Source: Glaucostegus cemiculus
Taxonomy: Eukaryota
Length of the DNA: 64,000 nucleotides
NCBI GenBank assembly: GCA_976551045.1
Contig: CDPCPM010000015.1
Span: 4,898,001-4,962,000, forward strand
Direction of reading: 5' to 3'
Shown in pieces: positions 27,051 through 40,970 of this stretch. Below the pieces are notes generated by a model, which saw only the letters and a program-made list of their open reading frames with translations, searched no databases and was not told where the DNA came from. Both the position numbers and the translations under genes were made by a program. Numbering within the stretch: position 1 is the first letter of the stretch; each line of letters opens with the position of its first letter.

Positions 27051-27639
27051 CTATGCAAAACAAAGAAAAAGATTTGGTTACACAACTCTCATGTTTTCTG
27101 GTTTTTTACATTTAAAAGTAGCATTTGCATTCTGAGCTCCCACTGCCTGTCACAGAATGGTCTGAGCATCATCCAACATTTCAAAAAAAGTTTGAAAACT
27201 TAAGGGGTTAAATCCAAAAACATAGCATTGTTAAAATGGATTTAAAAATAAACTTGCAATTTTACATCACCTTTCACTATCTCAGTGTTCCAATTTGCTT
27301 TAAATCCAATGAGGTACTTTTGAAATGTAGTCTGTGTAATAAGGCAGGAAATGTAGTGGTAAATTTGCATACAACACAAACCCTTCACAGAAATGTACTA
27401 ATACCCAGATTAATCTGAGTTTTTCAGAGATGCTTATTAAGGGATAAATATTGGCCAGGGCATCAGGAAAAATTCCTTTGTCCTTCTTTGGAAAGATCTC
27501 ATGAGATATTTTTACATCTGTCCAAGAGGGTTACTGAAATTACATCTTAACATATACAGCACAGGTAAATGCACAATAAAACTTTCTCCACCCCTTCTAA
27601 TCAGTTACCCACTTAATTCAGAGATGAGGCAATTTTGTC

Positions 27640-27870
27640 CCCCTCTCAAACCGTCATGAGTTTTTGGAACTTCTTTCTCAAAGAGCAGAGGAATAAGAGT
27701 TTTTGAGTATTTTTAAGGCAGAGATAATTTTTTGCTAAACTAGGGGCAAGAGGTTATTGGTGGGGTGGGGGGTGGTAGACGGGAATACAGGGCTGAGGTT
27801 ACAGTCAGATCACCATAATCTCACTGAATGTTCAAAGGGCTCCTCCTGCTTCTAATCTGCATGTTCATAT
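27640..27870 (+). mobile_element. CR1 LINE 3' end
   Basis: tttttaaggcagag..aggttacagtcagatca..ctcctcctgcttctaat..tgttc terminus. Confidence 0.65.
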
Positions 27871-29139
27871 ATTACCCGTTCAGGGTCGGCCTCTGTGTAA
27901 TCCAAGTCTCCATCCTTAATTTCTTCAATTCCTCCTCAATACACTGTGCCTGTAAAGGTTTTCTTATTTTACTTTTCCTGTTCTCCTTTGATTTTGTAAC
28001 TGTCCAACATGGGTTATGAATGAACTAAAACTTACGCCAGCTCAGCAGGTGATAGCTCAAAGTTCAATATCAAGAAATGGCCATGTTACAGTGTGATCAC
28101 ATCTCCCTCTTTGGATGGTATTTCAGCTCAATTGTACAAAACCTCGGAATTTTACTCGACTCTGAACTGGTTCAGAAAACATACCTCATCCATCACCAAG
28201 ACAGTCATCTCGAATATGTTGCACAGCTGCCCTTCTCTCACTATGTTATTGCTTAAACATTATCACCACACTGGTATTTTCAATTTTAATTTTGCGAGAG
28301 CATCCTTGCTATTTTCTCAATCCCCAGACTCCGTGAATTCCAATTCATCTTGAAATCTATGCCAGGTCCCGCGGCGCATTCACATATTATCCACCTTTAC
28401 CAAAATAATTTGCGTCCTTATTCTTCTAAACAGCATCCCACATCCTAGCTTCAACTCTTTGCTTCTTCTTTGAACTAAGTCCATCCAGTCCACCTCCTCT
28501 GCCTGGCTAAACTTGTTCTCATTCTGCAAAACTTGACCTTTGACTGCACTCGTCCTCCAAACAACAAAAAAAAATATTGCTATGGAAATAATATGAATTC
28601 AAGCTATGTTCATCTCTTTGTGGGATGTGTGAAACATTCCCGACTTAGGTTCTCCCCTACACCTGTCTCACCACTGCATTAATAATTGTATCAAGATTTC
28701 ATCACATTTTCTGCCAAGTTCCACTCTGCCCTCATGTTCACCTGGTCCATATTTGACTCTTTCTTTCCATATATAGAGCGAGATATGTTTGCACACTCTC
28801 CCTGTGACTGTGTAGATTTGCATCGTGTGCTCTGGTTTCCTCTGATATCCCAAAGCCAAGAGAAATTACCCTCAGTGTAGGAAAATGGAAAAAGAATCAA
28901 GAAGGAGTAGATGGGTATCAGAGAGAGAATGATTTGCAGGATACAGGGAAATAAAGAGGGAGAAAAGGACTAATGAGCTGAATAGCCTCTTTCTGTATCG
29001 CAATGCATGTTATTTAAATAAGCTGTCAACCTGAATACTCTCTATGTTTACACTGATTCCAACAGGTTCCTTGACTGCACTCCCAGCACCCTGTTCACTC
29101 CAAGCACTCCATTCCATTCTCACGGGATCTCTATCTCTA

Positions 29140-29770
29140 AGGACCTGCTTCGACAATGTCACGTTTCACACCAACGCTACCCTTCTTCTCAACCGCAGAT
29201 TCTCCCTGCTATGGTTGGCAAGGCCCTCAAATGTGGACATTCGATTTCCTGTGATCTGCTCACTTCTTTCCCTTCCCAGGACCAAGAGAAGATTCTTCCC
29301 ACCCTCACTTCCCACTTCACCAACCTTCACATTCAATGCAACAGTCTCTGCAATTTCTAACACACACCACCAGCAGACTCATTTTTCTGTCCTCTGTTGG
29401 CCAGGTTGGACAACTTGGACAGGTTGTTCCATTCTGGGTACTCTGGCTTACTCCAGCACTGCTTTTTGTTTTTAACCTTCCCTCTCCACCGTCCATGTCC
29501 TAACAAACTATCCACGTAAAGCATCAATTTATATGCATGTCTTTCAATTTAGTGAACTGCATTTTCTGCTTCTGATGTGATTTCCTTAATATTAAAGAGA
29601 TCAAACACAGATTAGATGATTGTTTTATGGAACAGGTTGTCGAATCCAGAGCTTATAGTCACCTGTCATTTTAATTCTGTTTCGATCTCACTTGAACCTC
29701 TCTACCCATAACCTCCAAAGGAGCTCAAAAAAAATTGAGGAACAACATCTCATCTTTCCATTTGACGCAT
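29140..29770 (+). mobile_element. Penelope-like ORF remnant (GIY-YIG region)
   Basis: decayed LT.H.T.LHIQ and CF*CD..NIKEIKHRLDDCF.E, similar to CSRCGLLYIGETKRRLGDRFAE. Confidence 0.6.
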
Positions 29771-30092
29771 TAGAAAAAAGAAATCAAACAATTAAAATGT
29801 AATGGTTTCAGAATGCTTCTGAACATATGAGGTATTCATCGCTGTATGATTCAGACAGCTGCAAATAATTTTCAGCTATTATTTGAGCAAAGCTTGTTCT
29901 AGTCCTCTCCTAATCCCTCGTGCACTGGCTTGTAAGTGCATTGATAAAGGTGGATCCACAAAATGTATGTTCATTTTTACAGTGTTGGTGAATAGTTACC
30001 AGTGATGGCTCACTCCTGGCAGCAAATTCTAGTCCAACAGATTTCATTCTTTTAAGATTTATTAAGATTTAAGGGAATAAAATTAAACTCAC

Positions 30093-30330
30093 GTGTTGAA
30101 TTGTCAAATGTGATCATTCCATCATTTGTGCTGTTCCTGCCAAATAAGGCCTTGTAGTCATCATCTTCATACCAGTTCAGTGAAGGTATGCGCAGACCAC
30201 CTCCATCTGGATGTCCACAAACAATCTTTGATATTGCCTGAAACATCATTTTTGGTGATCCAGTTGTGTTTGGATTTGTCAACCACCGAACTTCATCCCG
30301 GAATTCAGAAAAACTCGTCATGTTGGATAA
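30093..30330 (-). CDS. ABCA7: Coding exon 8: LSNMTSFSEFRDEV...SKIVCGHPDGGGLRIPSLNWYEDDDYKALFG...FDNST
   Basis: 238 nt, cacaag / gtgagt; lies within ORF 30052..30342. Confidence 0.95.
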
Positions 30331-31379
30331 CTTGTGATGCAATCATAACAGGGGATTAAAAAAAAAACATAAAACAGAAGTTTTAGTGGCTGTATTATTA
30401 TTGAAAATCCCATGAGGGGCTAAAGTTTGCAGTTCAGGACACATGCAGCGTTGAAAACAAGACAAGGCAGTTAATGGCAATTAATTAACACCTGATGTCA
30501 GTCCTAGAGTTCCCCATTAACAATTTGAATTGGTGTGCCTTTGTCTTATGGCATTGTAACAATGTTCCAGGTTTACCTTTCACTATCTCAGATGTCCTTT
30601 CATATGATCCTTTCAAGGGCAAAAAGCCAATGTTGATTCTTATTTGCAATAACTCAGGTTCCTTGGATGATGCTTAGTTCCTCTCTTTATCACCTTCTCG
30701 GCTTGACAGTTTTATGCCCAAGACTAGACAAAGTACTCAAGGTGCAACATATTTACCAAAATGTACTTCACATTTCTAACCATATTGGGGTTTAGAGTAA
30801 CATTTTATGTTAGTAAATTGCCAAGAGAAAAACCTTAAATCCAATGAACACTGAAATTCTTTTAAGATTTAAAAAAATGTTTTTTAAAAATTCTCTCTAG
30901 GTCACATGCTTCCCAAATTCCTTTTCTCCAAGTATTAACTTTTGCTACTTCCTTAAAATTAAAAGGCTCAGTTCCAAAATTCAGAGAATCACAATCATGA
31001 GCATTGCTCCTCCTGTTTGCCCTCACATTCTTCTCTCTACCAATTGATTACCACTATTTTATCTTCACGACAAAAGCAAGTTTCAAATGATCCTTCCAAA
31101 AGATACGTGTTCTCCACAAGAACAATTATCACAGATCAGCCCATCAAGCAAATTACTTTCTGTCCTGATATCTAACTACCCATTGGCTCTTAGTGCACAC
31201 TCCTGTTTAGAAAACTTCATATCATGGACTCTATTCATCCACAGACTCAATGAGAAAACATGATGAATCTTCATTCCTCAACAAGAAGAATGAGCAGAGT
31301 GCACACAGTACATGCTGCTGGAACAGAATGGGGAGGAGACAGAAGAAAGGAATTTAGCAGCAGGCTACATTCACCAAGA

Positions 31380-31700
31380 GTGTCCATGGAACAATCCTCT
31401 CATCACGTCCCTTAGCAAGGAATAACGTGCGAGATTTCTGCAGTTCAGTAAGGATACCCTCACTGAGATAAGCCATATCCACAGCTTCACTAGGAGAGCA
31501 GAGCAAGAAGTACTTTGTTAGTAGCTGTTAAAATCTCTATGGCAATCAACTTCTACAGTGTGGGCTCATTCCTGTCTGGATTTGAAAACATTTGCAACGT
31601 GACATCTAGCTACACACTATTACAGGCACTCTCTATTCCAAGAGAGTCAACATCATTCTCCCTTAGCAAAGAAGGAGCACCAACATATGAAACTGGAGAC
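31380..31700 (+). mobile_element. PIF/Harbinger (HARBI1-like) transposase remnant
   Basis: LVAVKISMAINFYSVGSF....ICNV (ORF 31515..31709) resembles Harbinger LPVAVKVTVALNFYASGSFQ...DIC. Confidence 0.65.
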
Positions 31701-32244
31701 ATACCATAACCAAAAAGAATTTTATTTCTTCAATGCACTGTGATAAAGAAACTGAACCAATGAATTAATGAACAAGTAATTAATACACTGGGACTTACTT
31801 TTTGTTCACTGGACTAACTTATTTATTCATTGCTCCACATTCTAAGGGCTCACCTCTGTCTCTCATCCATTTATTCAGTGCAAATCTGATTAAGGATATC
31901 ATTTTCCCTTTGTTCAGGGAACTACCTACATGAAGTCTCCTGGGTTATTTGAACCCAAATCATTAATTTGATTTAGGACTAGAGACATTGAAATTTTTCC
32001 AGAAGTGTTGATTTTGACAAGTTAAATGCAAAAGCCTTGAAGGGTCTGGCATTTATTTCAAAAGCTATTGAGAGATAACTAATATGTTAGAATGATGTCA
32101 ATTTTGCATCGTGAAGCAAAGCAGAATTAAAATGGTTGCTTTTTATTCAAATTTGATAGATAATATAAATTATATCCTAAATGATTCTTATTAAGGCAAT
32201 TAATGAATGTTTCACTGCATTCATTTCTGTACTACTATTTTAAA

Positions 32245-32445
32245 GTCCAGTTTATTGTCATATGCACAAGTACCTGTATGCACAGTACTGTATATATGCA
32301 AGTCAACTGAGCTCTGCAGCTTCTTACATTCCTGTGCATTCAAATTGCCATACCAGGCCATGATGAAACCAGTCAGGATACTTTCAACAGTACACCTGTA
32401 GGAGTTCATTAGAGCGCCAAACCTCCCTGAACCTTCTAAGAAAAT
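32245..32445 (-). mobile_element. Rex1/Babar LINE fragment, internally deleted
   Basis: YRCTVESILTGFIMAWYGNLNAQECKKLQ joined almost directly to a tgacaataaa tail. Confidence 0.75.
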
Positions 32446-32957
32446 AAAGATGTTGATGCACCTTCCTTGTAGTTTGTAAATCACTCAACATTCATAAGAA
32501 CCACTAATCATTTAGAGACATTGGGTGAAACTATCTGAATTTCAATAAGCATATTACTACATGTAGTCATTATGTGCCCATGGAACACACCTCTGAAATT
32601 AGGGTTCCAATCTTTCAGGATTGTACTGAAATCACCAGGAATTTTTTTTAAAAATCTCCAGAAACTGAGGGGTGAATTTATATCTTTATGCTTTCACGAT
32701 GCTCAGGTTCTGAATGTGCTCATGATTTTATCGAATGTTTTCAGTGTAGTATGGCACAGAGCCACTCACATAATATAAATAGCAAATCTTGTTACCCATC
32801 TCGATTGATGTCACATCTGCTCTTGCTGCCAGCATCAACGATGAGTGATGGCTTACAGATCATGAGTGATGGGAGTGTTAATAATCTTGGATTAGATCTC
32901 AGTCAGGCCATCAAGATAACAACAGCTAAATATAGATATCAGTCAGAATCACTTTGA

Positions 32958-33270
32958 TGACACAGTGGAGCAGAAGCTCAAACTGCAATGATCACAGGTT
33001 TGAGCCTGATCTCTGGTGCTGACTGTGTGGAGTTTTCATGTTCCTCTGTGACTGTGTGGGTTTCCCCCAGGTCCTCTGGTTTCCTGCAGCATCTCAAAGA
33101 CCTTACCAATGAGCTAGTAAGTAAATCATCCATAGTGTAGGAGGATCAGGGTGGATTGATGAGCATGTGAAACAGAATAGGGTGCAGGGAGATGTGGGTG
33201 AATGCAACTGATGACAATACTTTTGGAGCTGGTATCAACCTCTGTGCTGAAGGACCTATTTCAAGGTCAT
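32958..33270 (+). mobile_element. V-SINE, old
   Basis: ctgtgtggagttttcatgttcctctgtgactgtgtgggtttcccccagg. Confidence 0.7.
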
Positions 33271-34314
33271 GAGAAAATATGAGAAATATCTGAACGATCC
33301 TTTTCAAATCAACAATTAGAGGAATGCAGATCCTGTTTAGCTACTACGATTTTCTAATGTGATTTTATTATGCTGTAAGGAATTGAGTAACAGCACAATT
33401 CTTTCCAATTTTCTGGGAGAAGAGAGAATGTGTTGAAAGCGGATTAAATACAAAACAATGCCTTCATACATCCTTTTCCAAAAGAAGCTTTTCTTAGAAA
33501 GGTCACTAAAGTCTTTTCATTGTCTGCAATCTCTGCTTCAACACCCCATGAAAATTATGGAGGAAAAGGAAATAAATTCATCAAACCTTAATGCTGTAGC
33601 CACAAAAAAAACTAACCTCATTAGGTTACGAATGGCCACTTTGGGCATTACACACTGATCAGGGCAGGATACTAATGTTAAACCACAGGCTAATAGCCAG
33701 TCTTGATAATGTGGAAAGGAACAAAACAATAACATTACTGAACAAAAACAAGCCTCAAAAGGATGAACTCAAATTCAATCAGCCTGTTAAAAGAAAAGCT
33801 TTATTTTACCAGCCTTCTTCCTGCTCCCTCAATGGACAATTTCAATGAACACGGGCTGCCCTCCAGTGCCTCTGCTGCATAACCATACTTCGAATGTGAG
33901 ACTGTCGGAAGACTAAGTTTGCAGCACATTTTAGAGCTCAATGGAATCACGTCATCAACCATAATGTTCTGCAGGAATTACCATCAGAAGTGCCAGCTGA
34001 ATTCTGTGTAAGGAATTGCTTTGGCTTATGGCCTTGGACTGAAGCTTAATGTTGTGCCATACATAACATGGTGAACCAAACACAGACTGGAACACAGATA
34101 AAGATTCAGAAACAACAACCAACACTTGCACAGTGGGCTAGAAATTGTAGCAGGCCTGAGAAACTGTATCAAAAGTAGCACCTGGCTGGGGTTCATTAGT
34201 TTTGTTCAAGGTCCCCAGTAGCAGTTTTCTAACATAAGGTATTGCATGCAACAGAACTGCCCTCAGCACTTAAAACTGTAGAGAGGTTTCTCAGTCACAA
34301 GCTCCCATCATTGC

Positions 34315-34440
34315 AGAGCTTGCAGAGGATATCTGAAATAAAACAGAAACTGCTGGAGATACTCATCAGACAAGGCAGCACCTGCAGAGAGAGAAACTGT
34401 CACTGTTTTAGGCAGTTGCCCTTTCATCAGAATGGAGCAA
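34315..34440 (-). mobile_element. Penelope-like terminal fragment
   Basis: aaacagaaactgctggagatactca..ggcagca.ctgcagagagagaaac...ctttcatcagaa. Confidence 0.7.
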
Positions 34441-35279
34441 ATCAGTTGGAAGTCAACTGGTGGTGGTGGCAATGTCGGGCGGCAAGTGAACATGGTAATG
34501 ATATTGCTCAATTGATCTAAACAATCATGGAAAGAATGCAGTGTTGTGGGATGACCCAAGATGCAAACTTTGTAAGATGTCACATTTTTCATTAATGAAT
34601 CCTCCAAGCACTGGCTGATGCTTTTCCAAATTTAGTTCAGTCAAACAACATTCCCAGCTTTTTCCTCTCCTCAACCTAATAAATGTATAAAATGGTTAAA
34701 AGTCATTAAGCATGTTAACAATAATCTGTAAAAGCAATAAACCTGCAAGACTGGTCTGATTAATCACCATCATTAAAAAGGGATCTTTTGCCCTTCACAA
34801 TGAATGCTTTCGGTAGTCACAATATTTAATCCATCCAGTAGCTTTCTTGCCCAGGTTGCTCTGCAACTTCACCAGTTGATGACAGTGTCACGTTTGAGGG
34901 ATGTCCTTCTTTGCTATGCTGAGTGCAGTAGGCATGGAAGCTCTCCCAGCACATACTCTTGTGACTGAGCTGATGAATGTGATGTATGACAGCGGAGGTT
35001 GTGATTACTACACAGGTGAAACTGGTCCAGTACAATTAGTGTCAAAGCCTGAAAAGCAGACTACTTGTATGATGCCTTGTATAAACACAGGATCATTTAC
35101 TCTCAAATCGCGAAGTTCTGCTGCACCCATTTTAAACACACAATAGCACTAATTCTGACTTCACCAAACACAACTGTGTTCTGGCACATCACTAATTTTG
35201 TTTGTCCTATAGCTGTGTATGGTGTATAACACAAGTGGAAAGGAAGTATGAAATCTTTGTCTTAAATTCACCTCCTATC

Positions 35280-36000
35280 ATCTTTTTATGTACATCTTTC
35301 AGTGGATGAACTACTTTTCCAGCAAAATCGTTGAGGCTGGATGACATGGAGCCATGGGAACACGCTGGATTCCATTCATGCTGAGGAATTTGACAACTTC
35401 AATGCTGATGAAGTTGTTTTCATTGTTCATCACAGACAGCCCTGGGAGACGGTGTGAAGTGACAGCATTGAGCTGTACACATATCCGTAGGAACTGCTTC
35501 CATCCATTCAGATTCTACATTTGCTTTGATCATGATCACTTTTCCCCCACAAAATGACCTGCAAAATCCCCACACTTCCCTTGACCAGGGCCGACAGGAG
35601 CTACTGGTGGATTCTTCCAATGCTCTTTACATTATTTACATTCTTTCAGTGTCCTCCAACTGCTTGTCTATTCCAAGGCACCAGAAAAATCTTCTGGCAA
35701 CTTGCCTGACACCTGCATGCCCTTCATGCAACTGTTTTAGAATAGATGTTTTTAGTTGTGATGAAATAAATCTGGATTCCCAAAAAATGAGTCTTTCTGG
35801 ATGCTTAGATCTTTTGTAATATGGGCATAATGTGTTACCTTCACCTTTATTCTTGCCATGCACATTGGATGTCTCCCACCTACAAAATGGTTGCATCCTG
35901 TCACCTCAAGGTAGCAAACTTCTTGGTTGTAACAACTGTATTGTCCATGTATTCCAGCAGTGATACAACCTCATCCAAATTGTCGCACAACTGTTTTCCA
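35280..36000 (-). mobile_element. Ancient Gypsy pol remnant (integrase zinc finger and core)
   Basis: ILKQLHEGHAGV..VARRFFW..GIDK.LE (zinc-finger region), RPWSR...GK....ESEWMEA, NGI....APCHPAS. Confidence 0.75.
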
Positions 36001-36420
36001 CTAGTACTATCAAGGTGTGTTGTTTGCTATCTGACATCACTGAGCAAGCCCAGCTGCTGCCATACACATGCACAACCTCTGCTTAATTCATTCATGTAAC
36101 GCAGGCAATAGAGGTATTTACTGGCTATTCTTAGGTGCCTTGAGAAGGAGGTAATGGGTCTTCTTGAATGACTACATAAATAACTGCTGAACTGTGGAGC
36201 TTTCAGAAGGGCTTAAGATCAAATGCATTGTTCTGGGACTGAAGTAACATACAGCCCAATTTAAGGACAGCACACTTTCTTCCCTCAAAAGGATATTAAT
36301 AAAACAGCTGGGATTTGGTGTCAGTGTGATGTACTTGTTAGTCTCTTTTACTGATACCTGTTTTTATATTTCAGTTTAATTTATTGTTTTGAACCAAACA
36401 AAGACGTACAAGTTAGAAAG

Positions 36421-36550
36421 TTGTGGGCATGCTGTGTTGGCGCTGGAAGCATGGCGACACTTGCAGACTGCCCACCAAAATCACTATGCAAAAGATGTAT
36501 TTCACTGTGTGTTTCGATGTACATGTGACTAATAAAGATCTTGTCTTATC
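36421..36550 (+). mobile_element. SINE 3' half with Rex1-type tail
   Basis: near reverse complement of 60400-60530 (ttgtgggcatgct..tttcactgtgtgtttcgatgtacatgtgactaataaa). Confidence 0.75.
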
Positions 36551-37136
36551 AAATTCAAAATCTCAACCTCTCTCTGGGATCCAAATTTGTGGTTCCTGGA
36601 TTGGTAACATAACCATTGCACCACTTTACCACAATATCCCCATCCAATATCTCCAACTACTTTTTAAAAATTTTTATTATTAGCTTTCTTTTACCAGCAG
36701 CGGCTAAAGAGAAACAGAATTTATGTCACAAGTACTGAATTTAGATAGGGTGTCAGGAAAGTTAAGCTTATGGCAAGTGGATACTAAAAGGAAGGCTAAA
36801 TGATGGAATTACAAAGAGGACACATCATTAATGTATGTCTGCATTAGGGCTTGGGAGATTTCCAAATTGCCCTACTGGTGAGCCATCAAATCTTTACACA
36901 CTCTCGGAAAAGCAGGTTAAATGGGTAAAATTCATGAGACATCTGAGAAAAAATGAATAACAAAGAACACAAGAGAAAGACATGCATACAAAGAGAACAA
37001 CAGAAAGAGAGATATATCAAATGACATCTCTTTTTCTTAATGCTTTCATGGCATCTGTATGTCCCAAACCATTCCTTGGCCTCTAAAGTATTATTTAACT
37101 GTTGTTCTTTAGTCATTGGTGTCATATTCAGCTTAC

Positions 37137-37226
37137 CTGTTGAACAAGAGATCCAATTCGGTGTATAATATCGTTCAAAGTATTAGATACATCAAGTATG
37201 TTCCCAGCACTAAATGTAACCCTCTC
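37137..37226 (-). CDS. ABCA7: Coding exon 7: ERVTFSAGNILDVSNTLNDIIHRIGSLVQQ
   Basis: 90 nt, tttctctgcag / gtaagc, phase 0-0; ends like ABCA1 LGTLAQE. Confidence 0.85.
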
Positions 37227-37930
37227 CTGCAGAGAAACATCAGATCAGAGGCAGGTAAATATACCATTACACCATAAAGTGAAAGTAAATAACATTTATC
37301 TCTCACTACATTTTGATCCCCTTAAGATTATGCACAACAACACCAATATATTTTGGCACTATTGTTTTGACCTTTTTTAAAATGGTAAATCATTCATAGG
37401 AGTGCATTTCTTCATCCTCCTGGCAAACTTCATTAAAATAGCCTCTTTATATGTGGAGGAAACAATTGTTGAAAAGTCACAACTATATTGGGTCAATCAG
37501 AAACATCAATCAATGGGTAATAAAACTTATATACCTAACACTAAAAGTAACATAGGTGCGGCTTTGAATCGCAGGACTTGTCCAGTTTGTCATCCTGTGC
37601 TGTGCTGATGGAATGCTGTAACGTTGGAGGTGTGATCCTTTGGAAAGATGTTAATCAAGCTCACCTTAACCAGATGGAATTAGTATGTTACAACATCATC
37701 AATGAGTATTAGAATGTATATTTAAAAAGTGATCTTGTGTAGTCTTGGCTATCTTATGCTGTTGCCCAAAGTAAGTTTGAGAATAAAAGCTGGAGGTATG
37801 CAATACAAAATATATTAAACTACTTCCAAGTCAGTGCTGTATAATCAAGTTCTAAGTGAATTTACCATATACAGGTAAGTTAACACTCAATCATGCCAAC
37901 CAGATTACTGAAAAGTGGAAATAAACTGAC

Positions 37931-38125
37931 CGCCAAGAGTTTGGAGAAGTTGATTTCTGAGAAGAAAATCATTGCTGCTTTTTGCAGTGTCTCCTCTGGT
38001 AAGGCACACAGATTCTTGTGCAAACGGTTGAAGGCCTTCTTGTTCTTTACAGTTAGGAAACTGGAGTGATAGGATATGTTGCAAACAATCTCCTTTAAAC
38101 TTCCCCCTAGACCAGCGAGGGATAT
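37931..38125 (-). CDS. ABCA7: Coding exon 6: ISLAGLGGSLKEIVCN...LCALPEETLQKAAMIFFSEINFSKLLA
   Basis: 195 nt, ttttgtag / gtcagt, open frame, conserved CN and LCxLP. Confidence 0.9.
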
Positions 38126-39327
38126 CTACAAAAATCCAAACACAGGTAGACTAAAGTTAAATCCCACTACAAGGACGCCAAATGGTAGCAAATCCTCATT
38201 CCAGTTTTCTTGTCTGTATATAAATAACCAATTCCAATTCCATGTAATCTCAGTTTTAGCTCTATATCTGTAATTGCCCAATTGCTTAATTCTTACTTCC
38301 TCTAGGCAAACAGTTGACACCACTTACTGTCCCATAAGTATTGATAAGTGAATGTTAACTGATTACCTAGTGGGAAACTTTCTTTACTTTAGAATAACCA
38401 GATTGAACAGCGTGATTCCTTGGGTCAAATAGGTGACATTTTGATAATAACTGTAAATGTCCGATTCAGTCATGTAGGGCATCACAGTAAGAGACCCAGT
38501 ACCCTTCACTGCATGCCACAGGGTTTCCACAAATGGTTGTCAGACGAGAGTCTGTTTGAAATAATAGCCCTTAATAAAATATCAGGGAACAGCATGAACA
38601 GAGAAATGGACTTGACCACTAACAATGCTATGCTTGACACAGAAGAACCCGAAAGAGGCACCACAAGATGCAAATACTCGTGTCAAATAAACTTGCAAAT
38701 TAAATCCAACATCTAGTATACCACAGCTTTCTGTGTGTCACCATCTCATTCCTATATCTTCTTCCAAAAGCATGAGCTCTGAAATTCTTGCAGTGGCTCA
38801 CTGTAAAGTTATTTCTGTGGGGAGTGTGTCAATCTCCTAAAGTTTCAATGGAGATGAAGGAGACATCCAGCAGAATTTCTGGACTATTGACTCTAACACA
38901 AATGGAGTCCAGGATATCCCATAGGGCACTTTAGTTAAGAGGTTGTTGTTCCTTTATTGCTCTAGATAAGGGATATTAGGATGTTATTCTATCCTGGAAA
39001 GCTGGACTTAGTTGAGTTCCATATCTACCATAGTATAGCTTTTTTATTATTATTTGGGACTTTATGGGTAGCAATCAAGAATAGGAAACTTGAACGATTT
39101 ATTCTCTTCAAACAAAGCTTACAACCCCTATTCCTTCCAAAAATTATCTTCCTGATCAAATGAAATTGAGGGCTTCTCAGCCTGATTTACTCAGTCCCAT
39201 AGTGGTCAATATAAGCACCAACACAAGCTCTGCTCTATTCACTGTAACAAACCATATCCTCCATGTATTAGTTGATCAACTCAATACTACCTTTCTGTTA
39301 GGATCGCCAAATCCTCCTGTGGATTAC

Positions 39328-39449
39328 CTGCTCGAGGTTTATCTTTGCTGTCATCAAGTCATTAACCGCCTCTTTAGGAAGTGATGCATTGTTCATCAGG
39401 AACTGGGACAGGGTCTGATTCTTCTCTAAGTACTCCTGTAGTGGCAGAC
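39328..39449 (-). CDS. ABCA7: Coding exon 5: GLPLQEYLEKNQTLSQFLMNNASLPKEAVNDLMTAKINLEQ
   Basis: 122 nt, attag / gtaatc, phase 1-0; similar to ABCA1 LKLQDFLVDNETFSGFL..N.SLP. Confidence 0.9.
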
Positions 39450-40874
39450 CTAATTAGGAATCAAAGGTAAATTAGTTTCTGATAACGTATGCTTATTTAT
39501 TTTCTTATATTATTCTGGAGGCCTTGTTAATGACACAGTAGTCAATCCTATTGATGGCGCGTCTACATGAAACAAATCTGAAACAATGACTGTTTCATGA
39601 AGCCAGTGGGGAAAGATAAAGCAAAATTACTTAATTGCAAACTTAGACATTACATGATATTTTTTAAAAATTATGCACACCAAAGATTTTAATATTATTC
39701 ACATATCATGACCAATTCTATACATTCTTTTGTTGCACTGCTGGATTGTGTACAAGGTGCTTTATTGTCTGATATGATCCCTCTTCTGCCTTTAATGGTC
39801 CCCATCTTTATTTTATCATGGCTGCATATAGTGCCAATAACCAAAGCCTGCCAAGGTGGTGATGATTGGGTAATTCTCAATTCAATCATGCCTGGAACCA
39901 TACTCCTGCAAATGATGAAACATTTATGAGCTTTGCCCCTATGAACTTTCCTTTCTTGATTTTAAGTGCCAATATTCCATCCTAAACACACAGTTCCTCC
40001 CTGAAGACCTAAAATCTTCCACTCCATCATTCCTTCCTGAGAGTTCACTCTCCTTGGCTATTTACTTTCTTCTGCATATTTAGATTTTAAAGTCAGTTTT
40101 GGTCTCAGCCAACTAATATTTGACTTCATGCATGTTATTTTTCTACAGAAAACATCAGAGCTGGCTCAAAGCCAACAGAGGCAGACTTCCATTTGCACAC
40201 CATCATGACAACAAATGGCAGGAATGTGCAATTCAACACTGAGCTAGTCAACAGGATTTATATTCATCAGATTTAAAAAGGCAATTTGTGAGGTGTGAGC
40301 CTGGTTGACAAGGCCCATATTTACTGCCTATGCCACTGAGAGGTTTGATACAACTCTTCAGCTGGCTCAGCTACTTCAGAGAACAGTAAAAAGGCAACCA
40401 CCTTGGGCCACATGTTGTCTAGACCCAGGTAAAGATCTTTGAAAGCAATGTTTGTATAATATGCTGTGTTAGAATAGCAGGGGCATTATTCTACTACCAA
40501 ACTCAAGCAGAGCACATATTCATCAATTTTAAGAGCAAGTTTTATTGGTTCCTAGGATCAATCATGTTTTAATTGCTCATTGTGAGAGAAATTGTGTTAA
40601 TTTTTTTCTAGATCAAAAAGATTCCTAATAAATCAACCTGTCATTGTATTTGGCTGGAAAATGACAAAAGGAATATGTTTAAAATGTTTAATAAATCAAG
40701 AATGAACTTCTTATGGACTTGTGAAGACTATGGCAGAGGATTATTAAGGACAGGACCATTATTACGTGGAAAACACAATGACCCAGAAACTGCTAGACGA
40801 TGTACCTCATGGTGAACTTCATGAATTGGATATTTTTCTTCACTCCTCAAAATGTATCATGTTCAAATTGCATG

Positions 40875-40970
40875 GTAGATTGGTTTATTAATCTCACATG
40901 TACCGAGGTACAGTGAAAAACTTTGTTTTGCATGCCAACCATACGGATCATGTCATTACAACAGTTCATT
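40875..40970 (-). mobile_element. Rex1/Babar LINE 3' tail
   Basis: ggtttatt..cacatgtaccgaggtacagtgaaaaac matches the reverse complement of the tail at about 49430-49480. Confidence 0.7.
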